Positions 27,330 through 41,380 of a stretch of DNA of 64,000 nucleotides are shown one piece after another. Position 1 is the first letter of the stretch, and every line of letters begins with the position of its first letter. This DNA comes from Eledone cirrhosa (taxonomy: Eukaryota): assembly GCA_964016885.1 (NCBI GenBank), contig OZ024752.1, forward strand, positions 2,542,001 through 2,606,000, in the 5' to 3' direction. The notes below the pieces were generated by a model. That model saw nothing but the letters and a program-made list of their open reading frames with translations. It was not told the origin of the DNA and did not search any database. The translations under genes were made by a program, and so were the position numbers.

Positions 27330-27900
27330 CTAGTCAATGGAATCTTCCATACCGGCTTCGAATCACTGCACTAAATTCCGAGACTGAAATATTTCTAATG
27401 GCAGCACATAATTAAAACCTGTCCACCTGAAAACACCAGGAGTACCTAATGAACAATAGTACAGTTTGTAACTGCAGAATATGTAGTGGAAGAGTAGAAA
27501 CAATTAGCCACATTTACTCTGATTGAACCGACTTACTCAAAAATACAATCCGAACAATACGAAATAGCAACTACAAAAATGATGGTACATACAGCAGATG
27601 AGATGGCAAATAATGACACTGTACACATATTCTGGGATTTGCCAATACATATAGACATTAAGATATCTTATTCAAACTCCACTAAAATATGTCTTCTAAT
27701 TGATCAATCAATCTTAATATCCAATAATATATCTTCCAAGGAAATGGAGAAATTAACACAACATAAAGATCCTGAAGTATAAATTACTCCAATGATGACG
27801 ATGATAACATAATCATAATAATATGTGCTCTGGATATGATAAAAGAAACCGCACAGATATATATTACATGACCCAAATCCAAGGACTCAAATAAATAGAG
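27330..27900 (+). pseudogene. R4/Dong-clade non-LTR retrotransposon 3' remnant (Zn knuckle plus RLE endonuclease)
   Basis: ETEIFLMAAHN*NLST*KHQEYLMNNSTVCNCRICSGRVETISHI; NNDTVHIFWDLPIHIDIKI..KICLLIDQSILISNNISSKEMEKLTQHKDPEV. Confidence 0.85.
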
Positions 27901-28934
27901 AATACAAAAAAAAAACAAATCAAACATGCTGATGATGATGGTAATTGTGATGATTTAATATGAAAGAATAGAAATAGTCAAGCATATCTGTGTGGAGTCA
28001 CGTCACATGTGCTCATCTTAACGCGGTAAATACCACATTGTGACATTGTTGTCGTTTGCATAATTGACATGCAGCATCATCGATTAGATTACAACCATTC
28101 ATGTTTTCCAGAATAAGTCTTAACTCTCAAAATACAGATTTCGTGCTTGGTCTTGAATACTTTACTTGGGATCTATTTCAACTCAAACCTACCGAGCGCA
28201 GTGCCTTTTTAAATGTCCCTTTTTATATTTCTATCTAGCTGTTGATCTAATCTCGATTTGATTTTATCGCTACTAACTTATTAAGACTTAACATTTCGTA
28301 ATTGATTAGCAGGACATGTGCGAATTACTGTTTGTTGTTGACGATTTCGCCTGTCAACCCCCACTCAATTTGATCGTTTACCGTCTTTAGTAAATTTGTG
28401 CGCCATAAACGACATATTCAGATATCAGTAAATGTGTTCTTACTAGGACAGCTACTACTAAACAAGAGAACAGTGTGTCCGACTACTAACGGAGAAACTA
28501 GGATTACAGCCTCATGCGTTGAATCTTGCATCGGTCTTTAGTGCAAACTACACCACACAATATCTCCCTCCTTGGATGATATCAGCTTTGTCTTCCCACT
28601 AACATCTGAGATATTTCTAATTTGTCCATTGTTTAGGTAATGAATCAGGCGGAGTTTATATGATGAGGGCGTGGACTACACTTGATATCTGCATGTCCTA
28701 TCTGATATGCATGGTGCTCTTCGATTTAGCTCGAACAATATTGGGTGCATATGTGTTTAATATACGTATTCTTTCCAAAAGCGCCATATTCTCAGGGACG
28801 CCTTTTCACCATGCAACGCAGGGCAAAATATTCAGAGGAATATGACAAAATTGTAACAATCAGAAAGTTGTAAAAAATGAAAAGAAATAACGAACGGGAG
28901 CGCAATGCTGAAATTACGCAATAACAATAATAAT

Positions 28935-29119
28935 TGTTTCTACTTTTTGGCACAAGGCCAGCAATTATCCCAGTACATTACTGGTACTTTATTTTATCGA
29001 CCCCGTAAGGATGAAAGGCAAAGTTAACCTCGGCGGGAATTGAACTCAGATCGTAAAGGGACGTAACTATGCTGGAAAGCATAATCCAACCCTCTACCGA
29101 TACTGCCAATTCACCGCCC
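28935..29119 (-). mobile_element. tRNA-derived SINE (octopus-type) with TSD
   Basis: minus strand A box TGGCAGTATCGG, B box GAGTTCAATTCC, core CCTTTCATCCTTACGGGGTCGATAAAAT; 19-bp direct repeat ACGCAATAACAATAATAAT at 28916-28934 and 29125-29143. Confidence 0.88.
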
Positions 29120-29196
29120 AATTCACGCAATAACAATAATAATGATGATAATAACATTTGTATGTAATTGTGTAAAATCACACACACCTCATCATG

Positions 29197-29232
<36 letters not shown>

Positions 29233-29235
29233 CAA

Positions 29236-29326
<91 letters not shown>

Positions 29327-29365
29327 CACACACACACATATATGTATATATACATATATATAGAA

Positions 29366-29469
<104 letters not shown>

Positions 29470-30209
29470 ATGTATGTATGTATAGAGACAGATAACGAGA
29501 GAGAGTGAAAGGGTGAATAAGATCGAAATATAGAGAAATAAAGAGAGAATTAAATTGAGAAGATAGACTCATTGAAGTGTAAAAATTAACGAATAAAGAA
29601 AATACATACTGCAATAGATGCACGGCTCTTACGTGAGTAAAATAGAGAGGCATAACGTTAACGGTGTTTGATATTTATTAATAAACACCTTAGACAATAG
29701 AAATTGTTTCAACTGATGAGTAAACCTATTCAGAACCCAATTTGTTGGCACTGTTCTTCCTGTTCTATAATATACTCCAGAATCCCAATGACTAGAGGAA
29801 ATAAAAAATGATTAGGTTTAAATTAAATTCAGTTTATTCAGATCTCTATGTTAACAAATATTTTTTTTTTGCCTAAGGCACAAGCACAATGTTTGTTTAA
29901 TCAACCGAAAATGCAACAGTCAGGTGCCGAAGCGTGGGAAGAATCGGAAGATTATTTGTAGATGCACAACACAATAAAAATGGTGTCAGGTTAAAAGATA
30001 AACGTATAAAATAAAAACAATCGATAATTTATTTTCATCGAATGCAAACTATAATAATTCCGACTTAAAATAAAATGTTGTCGGCTTTCTTTCAAGTAAT
30101 CGAAAAACCCTGCATTATATTTAGATCAATTTATTTGTTTACCTCTGAATTAAGATAACGTAGCTGAATAATAAGCTGTTGAAAATAGCAGCGAAATACA
30201 GGGCGTAAT

Positions 30210-30383
30210 ATAATAGCACGGACAGGCTATGACCTAAATGCCATTTATCATATGTATACTTTAAACAGGCTGAACAAAGTTCGTTATATGTAATATTCCT
30301 ACTTACAGCGAACTTTGTTCAGCCTGTTTAAAGTACACATATGATAAATGGCATTTAGGTTATAGCCAGTACGTGCTGTATTA
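30210..30383. mobile_element. MITE-like near-perfect palindrome, no HHR, not in (TA)n
   Basis: ~75 bp arms GCACG..GGCTATGACCTAAATGCCATTTATCATATG..GGCTGAACAAAGTTCG and reverse complement, ~20 nt loop. Confidence 0.7.
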
Positions 30384-31149
30384 CCTTTCGGTGATATAGT
30401 GTCATAAAATAAAATGCATGGAGCGAAATTAAAATGTTAAGGATATCGACTAGTATACATTTCTTAACGTAAACAATTTTATTGTTAAACTTTATCATAC
30501 TCTTGTATATTTTGCATGTAGAAGACGAATTTACAACTCGCCTAACTTCTTTTAAGTTACCACAAATATTGATATTCTATAGTGATATCGGAACTATAAC
30601 GCATTAACTAAGAACTCTTAATAGAAACTATCTGCCTCGTGTCATTTACGAGAAAAATATTTACAGTCTTTTGTGTGATGAATATTTTTTCATTTTTATT
30701 CATGTAACTGAGTACAATGTTTCACTGACATTCCTTGGGATGGCAGAATCTATATTTTCTTAATACAGTGTCATATTAAAACCACATAATTCATAGGTTC
30801 TTTGAATATTATTGAATAGATGTATATTTTTTTCCATATTTTCTCATACAAGAAAGGCGGCTTTCTGAACCAAACAAAATATCTGTTGGTGACACGATTT
30901 CCGCAAGATCTATATTACACATCTGTGCAGGGTTATTTGACGAACGCATGACTGCGCTTTATACGTTATAGAACAGAGGAATAACATGAAGTCTGTAGAA
31001 TAGATATATGATGCACTCCTTTATGCTGCACATTGTCGATTATACCCTGAAATCGTACGTTTTATGAGAAAACAGCTACATTATATTTTTGCCAAAAGTA
31101 TACTCTAACTAATAGCATTCAGAAAGGATGTAGAATATACACATCTACC

Positions 31150-31423
31150 GCTAGCCAAGGACCTTCTGAAGAGCATCTTCAGTGGAGATGCTAAGGCCGA
31201 CTTACATGTTTTTAAGAGTCTGTTCTCATTTCATCTATAGCGTACACCACGTCCTCGCCCGTTATGTCTATGTGGTTGATGGTCGCCATTTCTTCATGTA
31301 GTATTGTGGCATCAAAGAAGTCCTCTGGCTTTGTTATTTGCACTTTTGTACTGTTCGTTCAGTATTTCACATATCTCTTGAGGATTCGCGGTTAATGAAC
31401 CGTCTGTATGGAAGAGTGACCCA

Positions 31424-31424
<1 letters not shown>
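31150..31424 (-). pseudogene. LINE ORF2 fragment (linker before RT, CR1/L2-like)
   Basis: IGSLFHTDGSLTANPQEICEILNEQYKS then shifted ATINHIDITGEDVVYAIDEM. Confidence 0.65.
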
Positions 31425-31476
<52 letters not shown>

Positions 31477-31479
31477 AAT

Positions 31480-32810
31480 ACATAAGCGGAGAAAGCTATT
31501 AGCGGTACTCCGACCAATTTGGAACTCACTCAACAGAAATTAGGAAATACCGGAGTAAATTCCCAATTAAACGTTTGGAGTGCTAACTATATTGTATTGT
31601 GTGGATAATTGGCTGTATTATTTTATATGACATATATTAAATAACTCATTTCCCAAACGAATCGTTTCATTATAAGATTTCTACGTGGTGCGTGAAATTA
31701 TACCAAGTTATGTAGAAGATTGTATAAGATCAATGGATTATTATGCAAGTGGGCCCTTATAAATCTTCAGTGGGTGCCCAATAATATTAATATTAATAAC
31801 TAAATCAATATCAATATTTAGCGATAATCACCATCAGAGCTAGAAGGAAGTGTTAGGTTGTAAGTCCAGCAGTTGTAAAGAAAATCTCACACAGTCCTGA
31901 AAATGGGAGGAGGAGGCTACCATCAAAAAAATAATATACACGCAGATCATTGAACTCTGACAAGAATTCAAGCCATGTGCGACGAACTCAATTGGATATG
32001 AAAAAATAAATATATGTGTGCACTGTTTAAGGACACACAGAGATATTTTCCCAGGCAAAATAACAGATATGAGATACAGGAACAAGCAATCAATATTCAT
32101 ATAAAAAATAAACATAGAGTGTCATATCTTATATCGGGAAAGTTCATGTCTGGTGATCCAAGTGTATAATATATAATTTCATAAACGGAGAAAGCTATTA
32201 GCGATACTCCGATCAATTTCAAACTCACTCAACAAACATTAGGAAATACCGGAGTATATTCCCAATTAAACGTTTGAGCTGCTAATTATATTGTATTGTG
32301 TGGATAATTGGCTGTATTATTTTATATGAGATATATTAAATAACTCATTACTCAAACGAATCGTTTCATTATAACATTTCTACATGGTGGGTGAAATTAT
32401 ACCAAGTTATGTAGAAGCTTGTATAAGATCAATGGATTCTTATGCAAGAGGCCGCTTATAAATCTTCAGTGGGTGCCCAATAATATTAATATTAATAACT
32501 AAATCAATATCAATATTTAGCGATAATCACCTTTAGTGCTAGAAGGAACTGTTAGATTGTAAGTCCAGCATTCATAAAGAAAGTCTCACACAGTCCCGAA
32601 AATGTGAGAAGGAGTCTACCGCCTAAAAATAATATGCACGCAGGTCATTGAACTATGAGAAGAATTCAAGCATCATGCGAATTCTGGATATGAAAAAAAT
32701 AATTGAAAAAATATGTGTGCACTGTTTAAGGACACAGAGATATTTTCCCAGGAAAAATAATAAATATGAGATACAGGAACAAGCAATCAATATTCATATA
32801 AAATATAAAT
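31480..32810 (-). mobile_element. two tandem 699-bp non-coding units, each with a hammerhead (family 7)
   Basis: CATAA.CGGAGAAAGCTATTAGCG at ~31480 and ~32180; HHRs 31652-31774 and 32351-32473: CCCA-CUGAAGA-u-UUAUAAG..UUAUAA-u-GAAA-CGAUUCG-UU/UGGG; TA-rich borders. Confidence 0.85.
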
Positions 32811-32827
32811 ATATATATATATATATA

Positions 32828-33149
<322 letters not shown>

Positions 33150-33585
33150 TATATCTATATATACATGTATATATATATATATAAAGAATAAACAAAGAAA
33201 ATCTATTCCTTAACAAATTTAAACCGAAACTAAACGGATTATCACCCCAATAGAATTGTCATAAAATATAAACTTATGTTTACTTATTCCTTCCTTGCTC
33301 ACATTTCAACCAGGTTTGATGCTCTTTATTCTCTCTCGTTCACGATTTCACCGAACATATATTCATGGAAATGTTTGGACTTGACTCCCTTTTCCTCACT
33401 TTTCGTTGCTTCACCATCTTTGTTTGTTTACACTCTCGCTGTTCCCCTTATTTACGTGTCACAACGACTTTCTTTAGCCGTTGCTCGCACCAACCGGAGG
33501 TATATGGTCTTTAAAGCGAAGAAATACCGATGATGGTTGGAAGATCACTGATGAAGGACCACTTTATTCATATATATATATATAT

Positions 33586-34359
33586 ATCAAGATAAGCAGA
33601 ACAAGTAAAATTCAATCATTTTTTCAAAATAAATCAAAATTAATATACAATCAAAATTAATCAAAATTAAAAAATATAATATAAATATTTACCTATTCTA
33701 ATGGCCCTAACTGTACAGTTTCACGGTGCAAAACATTAAATATCACCAGGATATTAATGGAAAAGCAACGATCATCAGAGAAGCATTTTCCTGTCCTAGG
33801 GTTAAAAACCCCAGGAACGACAAAATATATGCCCTCACTCCAACTAATACAGGTCTAAAAGGTCGTGAAAGTGACCCGTAAATACATTGGTGTATAGTGA
33901 AGGCGGAAAATCGTAGACTCGCCGTCTATAGCTCGCCACTAAAAAAAGATTTTTAGTAACTAAATATAACGACAAATTTGTATCTCTACATATGGAGATT
34001 ATTGAAAAAGGTTAATATATATCTGAGGGTACAATGTACCCCCGGAAATATATAGTGTGTCTATGATTTAAGGTGATTCTATGGTAATAATTTGATACAC
34101 CAGAACATAATATCAAGATAAGCAGAACAAGTAAAATTCAATCAATTTTTCAAAATAAATCAAAATTAATATACAATCAAAATTAATCAAAATTAAAAAA
34201 TATAATATAAATATTTACCTATTCTAATGGCCCTAACTGTACAGTTTCACGGTGCAAAACATTAAATATCACCAGGATATTAATGGAAAAGCAACGATCA
34301 TCAGAGAAGCATTTTCCTGTCCTAGGGTTAAAAACCCCAGGAACGACAAAATATATGAC

Positions 34360-34363
<4 letters not shown>
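33586..34363 (-). mobile_element. LTR-like direct repeats (~250 bp, 526 bp period), each with a hammerhead (family 8)
   Basis: 33586-33836 approximately equals 34111-34363; HHRs 33705-33782 and 34231-34308: UUCU-CUGAUGA-u-CGUUGC..GCACCG-u-GAAA-CUGUACAG-UU/AGGG; (TA)n both sides. Confidence 0.85.
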
Positions 34364-34446
<83 letters not shown>

Positions 34447-34992
34447 TATGTATATATTATATATACATATATTTTACCCGCCGAAATGCGATTCTCGCTG
34501 AATTTATATTTATATATATATATATGCAGAGGTAATATTTAATTTGTTGCCATTCAACAAGCTTAACAATTGTTATAACTGATATAAAGCGCACAACAGT
34601 TTCGTGGAGTAAATACTCCATATATTAATAAATCGAAACAATATTTATAAAACCATAATTATTTTATTATATATATTTCAATGGAAACCAAGACAAATTA
34701 TGGTGCGCTTTTATCAGATAACATACAGATTTGTTTTATAAATAAATATTGACATACCTGAAAAAAAGACATATATATACCTATGTCAGGTCACTCTTGA
34801 GTGCAACCGGTAACATGTAATCCAGTACAACCTGTCACATGGTCTAGTCTAAACCGGTGACCCCACTATGTTCACTTGGTGAGGAGGGGGAAATGTGGAC
34901 ACCATGCAGGACAAAACACAAAACCTGACAAAGGGCGGAAGAACTCTTAGAACTCAACGGCCATCCAAAAATGTGTAAACATGGATATATGA

Positions 34993-35050
<58 letters not shown>

Positions 35051-35762
35051 CTGTGTTTGTGTGCGTGTATGAATGTATGCGTATGTGCGTCTCTGTATAA
35101 ATATATACATGAGCCAGTAAATAACATGCGTGTGTGTGAATGCGTTCATGAATAAAATATTTTTTCCGATATGTCTCTAAATGTATATGGAGGCATGCAT
35201 GCGTTTCACACATATATTATACATAAACTTAAGGTGACTACTGTCTGTGGTTGGATAAGATTTATTTTCATTGTATACCTTACATTTCCAAAGTGGTATT
35301 TAGCTTCCAATCATATTTCAAAAACGCGGGAATGTTCACGTATGGGTTTATGCAGATGCCCGTTTGTTTAGATATGAAATATAGATAACAATTCTCTTAC
35401 TGACGTATAATTATATCTATGTGCTTTCATGTGTGCGTGCTTGTGTAAAAGTGCCTTGGTGAATCTGAAAAGTTTTCTAAGCGGCCATAATCACGTTATT
35501 AATATGTGCTCAGATATAAACTACATGTTAAATATTAAATACATACAACAAATCACACTCAAAACATACGCGTATGCACACATTCACACAGAAACAAAGC
35601 AATATACAATGACAGGCTCATGCACACACACACATATATATTCTTTTTTCTATGTCCATATCTGCATTGTCTTGGCCTTATTACACATATTCTAACGTTT
35701 ATATATATGTATATATATATACATATATATATATATAAGTGTTTGTGTTTGTGTCTATGTGT

Positions 35763-35874
<112 letters not shown>

Positions 35875-36657
35875 ATTGTGTTTTACTATGAGTATAAACA
35901 TGATTTAGTGTATGCTTCCATCGCCTAAGTATCGTTATACATTACACATTAAAAGATATGTAATAAGTCGTAGAACAGAAGAATGCGAGGATCTGATAAT
36001 GATGTTATAAGAAATAGCAGGGATCAATCAAAATATCTTTTAGTTATATTATTCTGGAGAAGGGTGTATGATGTTGAAAGACACGAAACACCCGTGCTGA
36101 TGTGTTCAGATGCATCAGTCATAGATGTATGAACACTAAGAAGGGAATCAAACATGAAGATGTCTAACATATCTTCAAATTATCAAACACTTTTATTCAA
36201 ATAATCATATTATATATACTTACACATATGCACATATGTATATACACACACACACATCTCTCTATATATATACACATATATACACACTCATACACATACA
36301 TACACACAGACACAGACACACACAGATATGTGTATCTATGCATATGCATACCATAGAGTAACATACTTCTACATATTTCTATATTTTTTGATGTTTGAAT
36401 AAAACTTGCTTTCATCAACAATCCAGGAGAAACATTGTCTTATACATATTTAAGCATTTTCGCATGAAAATTAACACATATTCATAGGTGACTTTATATT
36501 CAAAAGAAACACTATGTTCCCTCTCCATGTTGGTTCAGTTTCCCATTGTCTATGTATACACAGACACATACATACACAATGAAATACATAAACACACTCA
36601 CGCACACACACATACACGCACACACACATACACACACTCACACACACAAACACACAT

Positions 36658-36689
<32 letters not shown>

Positions 36690-36691
<2 letters not shown>

Positions 36692-36960
36692 TGTTTGGTT
36701 TGGATTGGTTTTCACTTCTGTATACTATATATCTCCATAGGTAATTTATATGGCAATCAATGTTAATCATTGATTGACCAACGGTTAAAAATTCAGATAT
36801 AAATATATATATATAGTCTATCAAAGTTCTTTCGTCACACATCTGTGACATCATTAGTGGTTTCTCACGTTGTAATGTAATGACTACGCCCGTTTTGATT
36901 TTATTTATTTATTCTCGCTTTGCGCAACTTATTTATATCTCCATTTGCGCAAAAACCTTG
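36690..36960 (-). mobile_element. family 1 HHR element (minus, G5A core)
   Basis: 36821-36860 minus CA-CUAAUGA-u-GUCACA(gaug)UGUGAC-GAAA-GAAC-UU/UG; downstream matches 22462-22520. Confidence 0.65.
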
Positions 36961-36972
36961 CAAAAGTTATAC

Positions 36973-37013
<41 letters not shown>

Positions 37014-38298
37014 AAGAGAGAAAGAGAGAGATAATAGAGAGATTAGAAGAAATAAGTTGACTCATGGAGCTGTAATTTATATATATATCTACAGGGATAC
37101 TTAGTTATTTGAAGAAAGGTATCAAGCTAAATATACAAATGAATAAGCTTCCTCTAAACATGGCTTTAAATGTAGAGCACAATTATTATATGATGATTAC
37201 TTCCTGAAAGTTTCCAACATTTGGAAAGGGCTGGAGGCTACTAACGGAAACAGGACGCATTCTAAGTAACCAAATACCAATCGAACTCGCAAGACCGTGA
37301 ATGTGCGCTAATCATAAGAAACTTAAAACTTGATGGCAAACAAACTATCCGAAGAATTGATTGTAAGAACTTCAGATGCATGTCATATGAAATGCGTTGA
37401 GGACAACTCATATCTGTAATTAAAAAAGACAACCCCCTGATTCACACGAACCTTCCGCCTGTATTTCGTTTCCCCGGAAGCAGTTCAGGGGGCCAAATAT
37501 TTGAAGAAATCAGCTAACTAGACTTTAGTTGTGTATGTTACTTTTCAGAATGCAAGACATATTTGTGACTGCATGTTTATTACTATCCAATTTGTCAACA
37601 GCAAAGACGACCATTGCAAATTTGAATTTGACATTGTTGCGTATATCGTGGGATGAATGACTCTTTATGTAACGATTTTTTTTGGTTTATGTTTATTGTA
37701 TGATATATTTCTGTATTTTCAGTAGTTTCTAATACGTAAAGACTACTTCTTTCCGATTCATAGAAATAAGGCATCTCTCAGCATTCGATATTTTGTTTCG
37801 GAAAAAATTCCTCGTATTATTTCCGCTTTTTTAATTTAAATTGCAGGCGTGTAATTTAGATTTTCTCGTTCCGGTGAAGTTAAACATTACATCAATTAGC
37901 TCAGGTGTCCATTGTTTCTGTTTCCAATTCTCAGTTCGTTTCTATTTCACAGTAACTCACAAACATACATAGTTTTTCTCCAAATCGTACACATATATGG
38001 CATGGAAGGATTCATTTTCAAATGTATGAATGGTGTCCCTGGAGAGGCTATCTTATTTAGACTGTATCAATATTCTTCTATCGGTAGTTAAAGGATAATG
38101 AAATAATATGTGTGGTTGTGCGGGTGTCCACGCATATGTTTCCTTTTTTGGAGTAAATATAAAATATATATATATATTTTATAACTTACTGGTAATAAGG
38201 TAGTAATACATTACTGCCTACCACTATTTAGGGTGTGTGTAAAATACTTACAACTGCTTAAGGTTTTGTGTTTACATAACCATAAATAGTATAACTAA

Positions 38299-38353
<55 letters not shown>

Positions 38354-38404
38354 CCACATGTATTTAGGTATCCATAATGATTTCAAATAGAGTCACAAGG
38401 TCAG

Positions 38405-38550
38405 CAATAAGTGACTGGTACTTTATATTATTGACCCTGTATGGATGAAAGACAAAGCTAACCACGAATTGATTTGAAGGCAGAACGTAAAGGCCCATAA
38501 CTATGCACAAATCATGTTTTTCGACGCTCTACCGACACTGCCAATTCATT
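38405..38550 (-). mobile_element. degenerate SINE copy
   Basis: ACTGGTACTTTATATTATTGACCC..GGATGAAAGACAAAG..TCTACCGACACTGCCAATTC matches 28980-29112. Confidence 0.7.
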
Positions 38551-40262
38551 GCTTCAAGTTAGGTATACATACTTAAACGTTATACAGAACAGATAGTTGT
38601 ATAGATACATATAGAATTGTAAATTGTATGAATGGAATCAAGAAGAAGTGATTTTAAGTTAACGATGGTTCGAGTAAATTTCGAACATGCTTCCCTATCG
38701 ACTTGTTGTCTCGTTTATAAAGTGTTACCGACGTAAATACATACGTATATTTATTTGGCCTACAGCGTTCAATCTTCTTAACCATTAAACCATGTCTCGA
38801 AGGACCCTTTATATTAGTTATTCGTGGAAAACACATTTCACACACTCTTTTCGCACGAGTAATTTCAAACCAGATATTAAACAGATATTTATGAGAAGTC
38901 AAGATGGAGAAGTCATCGTAAACGTTAGAATTTGAAGGAGAATATGTTCAGGAGAATTCATATGAGATTTGATAAACTTCCTTATAGGTAGTTTGTGAAG
39001 GATATTTTATAAATCAATATAGAATATATTTGGAAATGTTCCAATAAATTTTCTTCCATTCTATTACAAACCGCTTCTCTTAATATTGACTTTTCTCCAA
39101 TTATATAAGCTGATTCTCCCTCCATTTCGTTTCTCCTGGAAGCGGTGCAGAGGGCCTGTGTGTGAAGAAGTCATCTAACTGCTCTCTAGTTGAGTATTTT
39201 ACACTTCAGAATGCAAGAGAGGTTTTTGTGCCAGCAAGTTAATCACTATCCAATTTATCAACTGCAAACTTGACCCTTGCAAATTTGATCTTGCCTTTGA
39301 TGCTGATATCATGGGATGACTAAAAGTCTGTCGACTTTAAGTTTACTTCATATTTTGTTGCAGTCCATGCGAATGTCTTTGTATATTGCAGTTACATTGC
39401 ATATCATTAAAGAAACCCCAATGTAAAACACGGTGACACTGGACTAGAATATATAGAATATGATATTTTTATGGCTTAATAAGGAGAATTTGCAGCTGAA
39501 TCCAGGTCTGAATAGAATATTTTCCTCTTAATGAAAGAAAAGTGTGTGAGTGTGATAATGGACCTGAGATAGGGATAAAGAGGATGAATCTCCTATTCAG
39601 GACTGAAAAAAGTTTTCTTTTAGAGAATGAAAGATGCTAAGTGGCATAATGGACGTGAGAAAAATATAAAGAGGAAGAATCCCCCGCAGTTCTAGACTGA
39701 TATATTTTCATCAACATCGAAGGAATGAAATGCAGAGTTGATCTCGTCAGGATTTTAACTGAGAAAGTAGGGAGCAGAAACGAATACCGCAAAGCATTCT
39801 ATCCTAGGTTCTAACGCCTCCGGTATTTAGAACGGTATAATAAACTAATCAAGTTTATCAACGAAAACATTTTCACGATTTAAAATTGTTCATTACGTAA
39901 GGACACGCTGACATGATATGATTATTTTATTATTTACAATTTTATTAAACTGAACCTGAAATTTAATTAAACTGAACCTGAAATCCAAGAATATATCTTG
40001 GATTGCAAGTTCATATAATTACTGTAATTACCAAGTTTATTTTCATGATATTTAAATAAACCTCATGAAATTAGTCCTTGTGTTAAAACATTGTCTGTTT
40101 ATCATGGCCGTTGTATTTAGCGGGAATTACGCCATCGAAAGTTTCGCTCCATAATGGATTACTCCACTAATTCCTTGAAATGCATACACTCACACATACA
40201 TATACAATGGCAAATAATATAATGTTTTCACAAAATCCTTTGCAGCAACTAGTCTATCTATG

Positions 40263-40310
<48 letters not shown>

Positions 40311-40360
<50 letters not shown>

Positions 40361-40445
40361 TGTGTGTGTATGTGTGTGTGTGTGTGTGTATGTGTGTGTT
40401 TGTGTGTGTGTGTGTGTATGTGTGTGTGTGTATGTATGTATGTAT
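40311..40445. repeat. (TG)n microsatellite following (TA)n
   Basis: direct reading. Confidence 0.97.
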
Positions 40446-41216
40446 CTAACTTATGATTCAACCAAACACGATTGAAGTGTTTCATAAATTACATAAGAAA
40501 TGTGAAATGAATGTGATTAAATTCATCAGTTCAGAGCTCTTTCTCGTGATGGCTAAGGGCCTAATAAGACAAACTGGTAAAATAATTACACACTGACAAA
40601 CTGATATACACATATGTATATATGTGTATATGTGTGAGTGTAAAAATATATACTTGTATGCATAGTAGTTGTGCTTTATGCGAACAATAATGGCAATTTA
40701 TTTTATGTAGCCTTTATATATCTATATTGGTGTACCTTTAAACTTATATTTAACTGTAGGTTTTAAGCAGTTATTTAAGTATAGAGTAATAATCTAAAGA
40801 TTGATTTCACACATTCTCATGCTAATATATTCATATGGAAAATCATTATAAAGATGCGCTTTTCATTAACAGTGTTGTGGGCATGAGATTGACATACCCT
40901 TTCTTTCATTTTCTTCATTGGAAATTACTCAATACAAGTGCATTAAGGATTCATAGATTGTATGACTCTGATACAATGATATTTGCAGTGTAACATGCTG
41001 TATAGTTTATGAGGTAAACATTGTAGAACATCCATTCCTTCCTTTGTATCCAGATGAATTACTTCGTTTATCAGCATCTTAGTCTTACTAAAATATTTGG
41101 AGAACTTCCACGTTATCCCAAAGTTTCTAGGCCTTTCATTAAATCTCCCTCACATCTTCGAAAAAGAAACATATAATATGGTCATGGTCGTACTGTGACA
41201 ACAAACACAGATATAA

Positions 41217-41380
41217 TGGCGTCGTTAGAATGACATTTTTGTTGCAAATAACAACATATTGTCTGAGTTCAAATCCCGCCGAGGTTAACTTTACTTTTCA
41301 TCCTTACGGGGTCGATAAAATAAAGTACCAGTAATGTACTGGGTAATTTGCTGGCCTTGTGCCTAAAGTAGAAACAATTA
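41217..41380 (+). mobile_element. tRNA-derived SINE
   Basis: GAGTTCAAATCCCGCCGAGGTTAACTT..TTTCATCCTTACGGGGTCGATAAAATAAAGTACCAGT..GCTGGCCTTGTGCC. Confidence 0.85.

Noticed and set aside
29712-29740. CTGATGA followed by GAAC
   Set aside because: No helix II or helix I pairing and no GAAA core
33520-33570. CCGATGA and CTGATGA near a (TA)n tract
   Set aside because: No downstream GAAA or helix III before the microsatellite; at best a truncated fragment
34575-34720. Degenerate inverted repeat with a GGAGTA/TACTCC hairpin beside TTTCG
   Set aside because: Possibly an old HHR fold-back, but the CUGANGA half cannot be found
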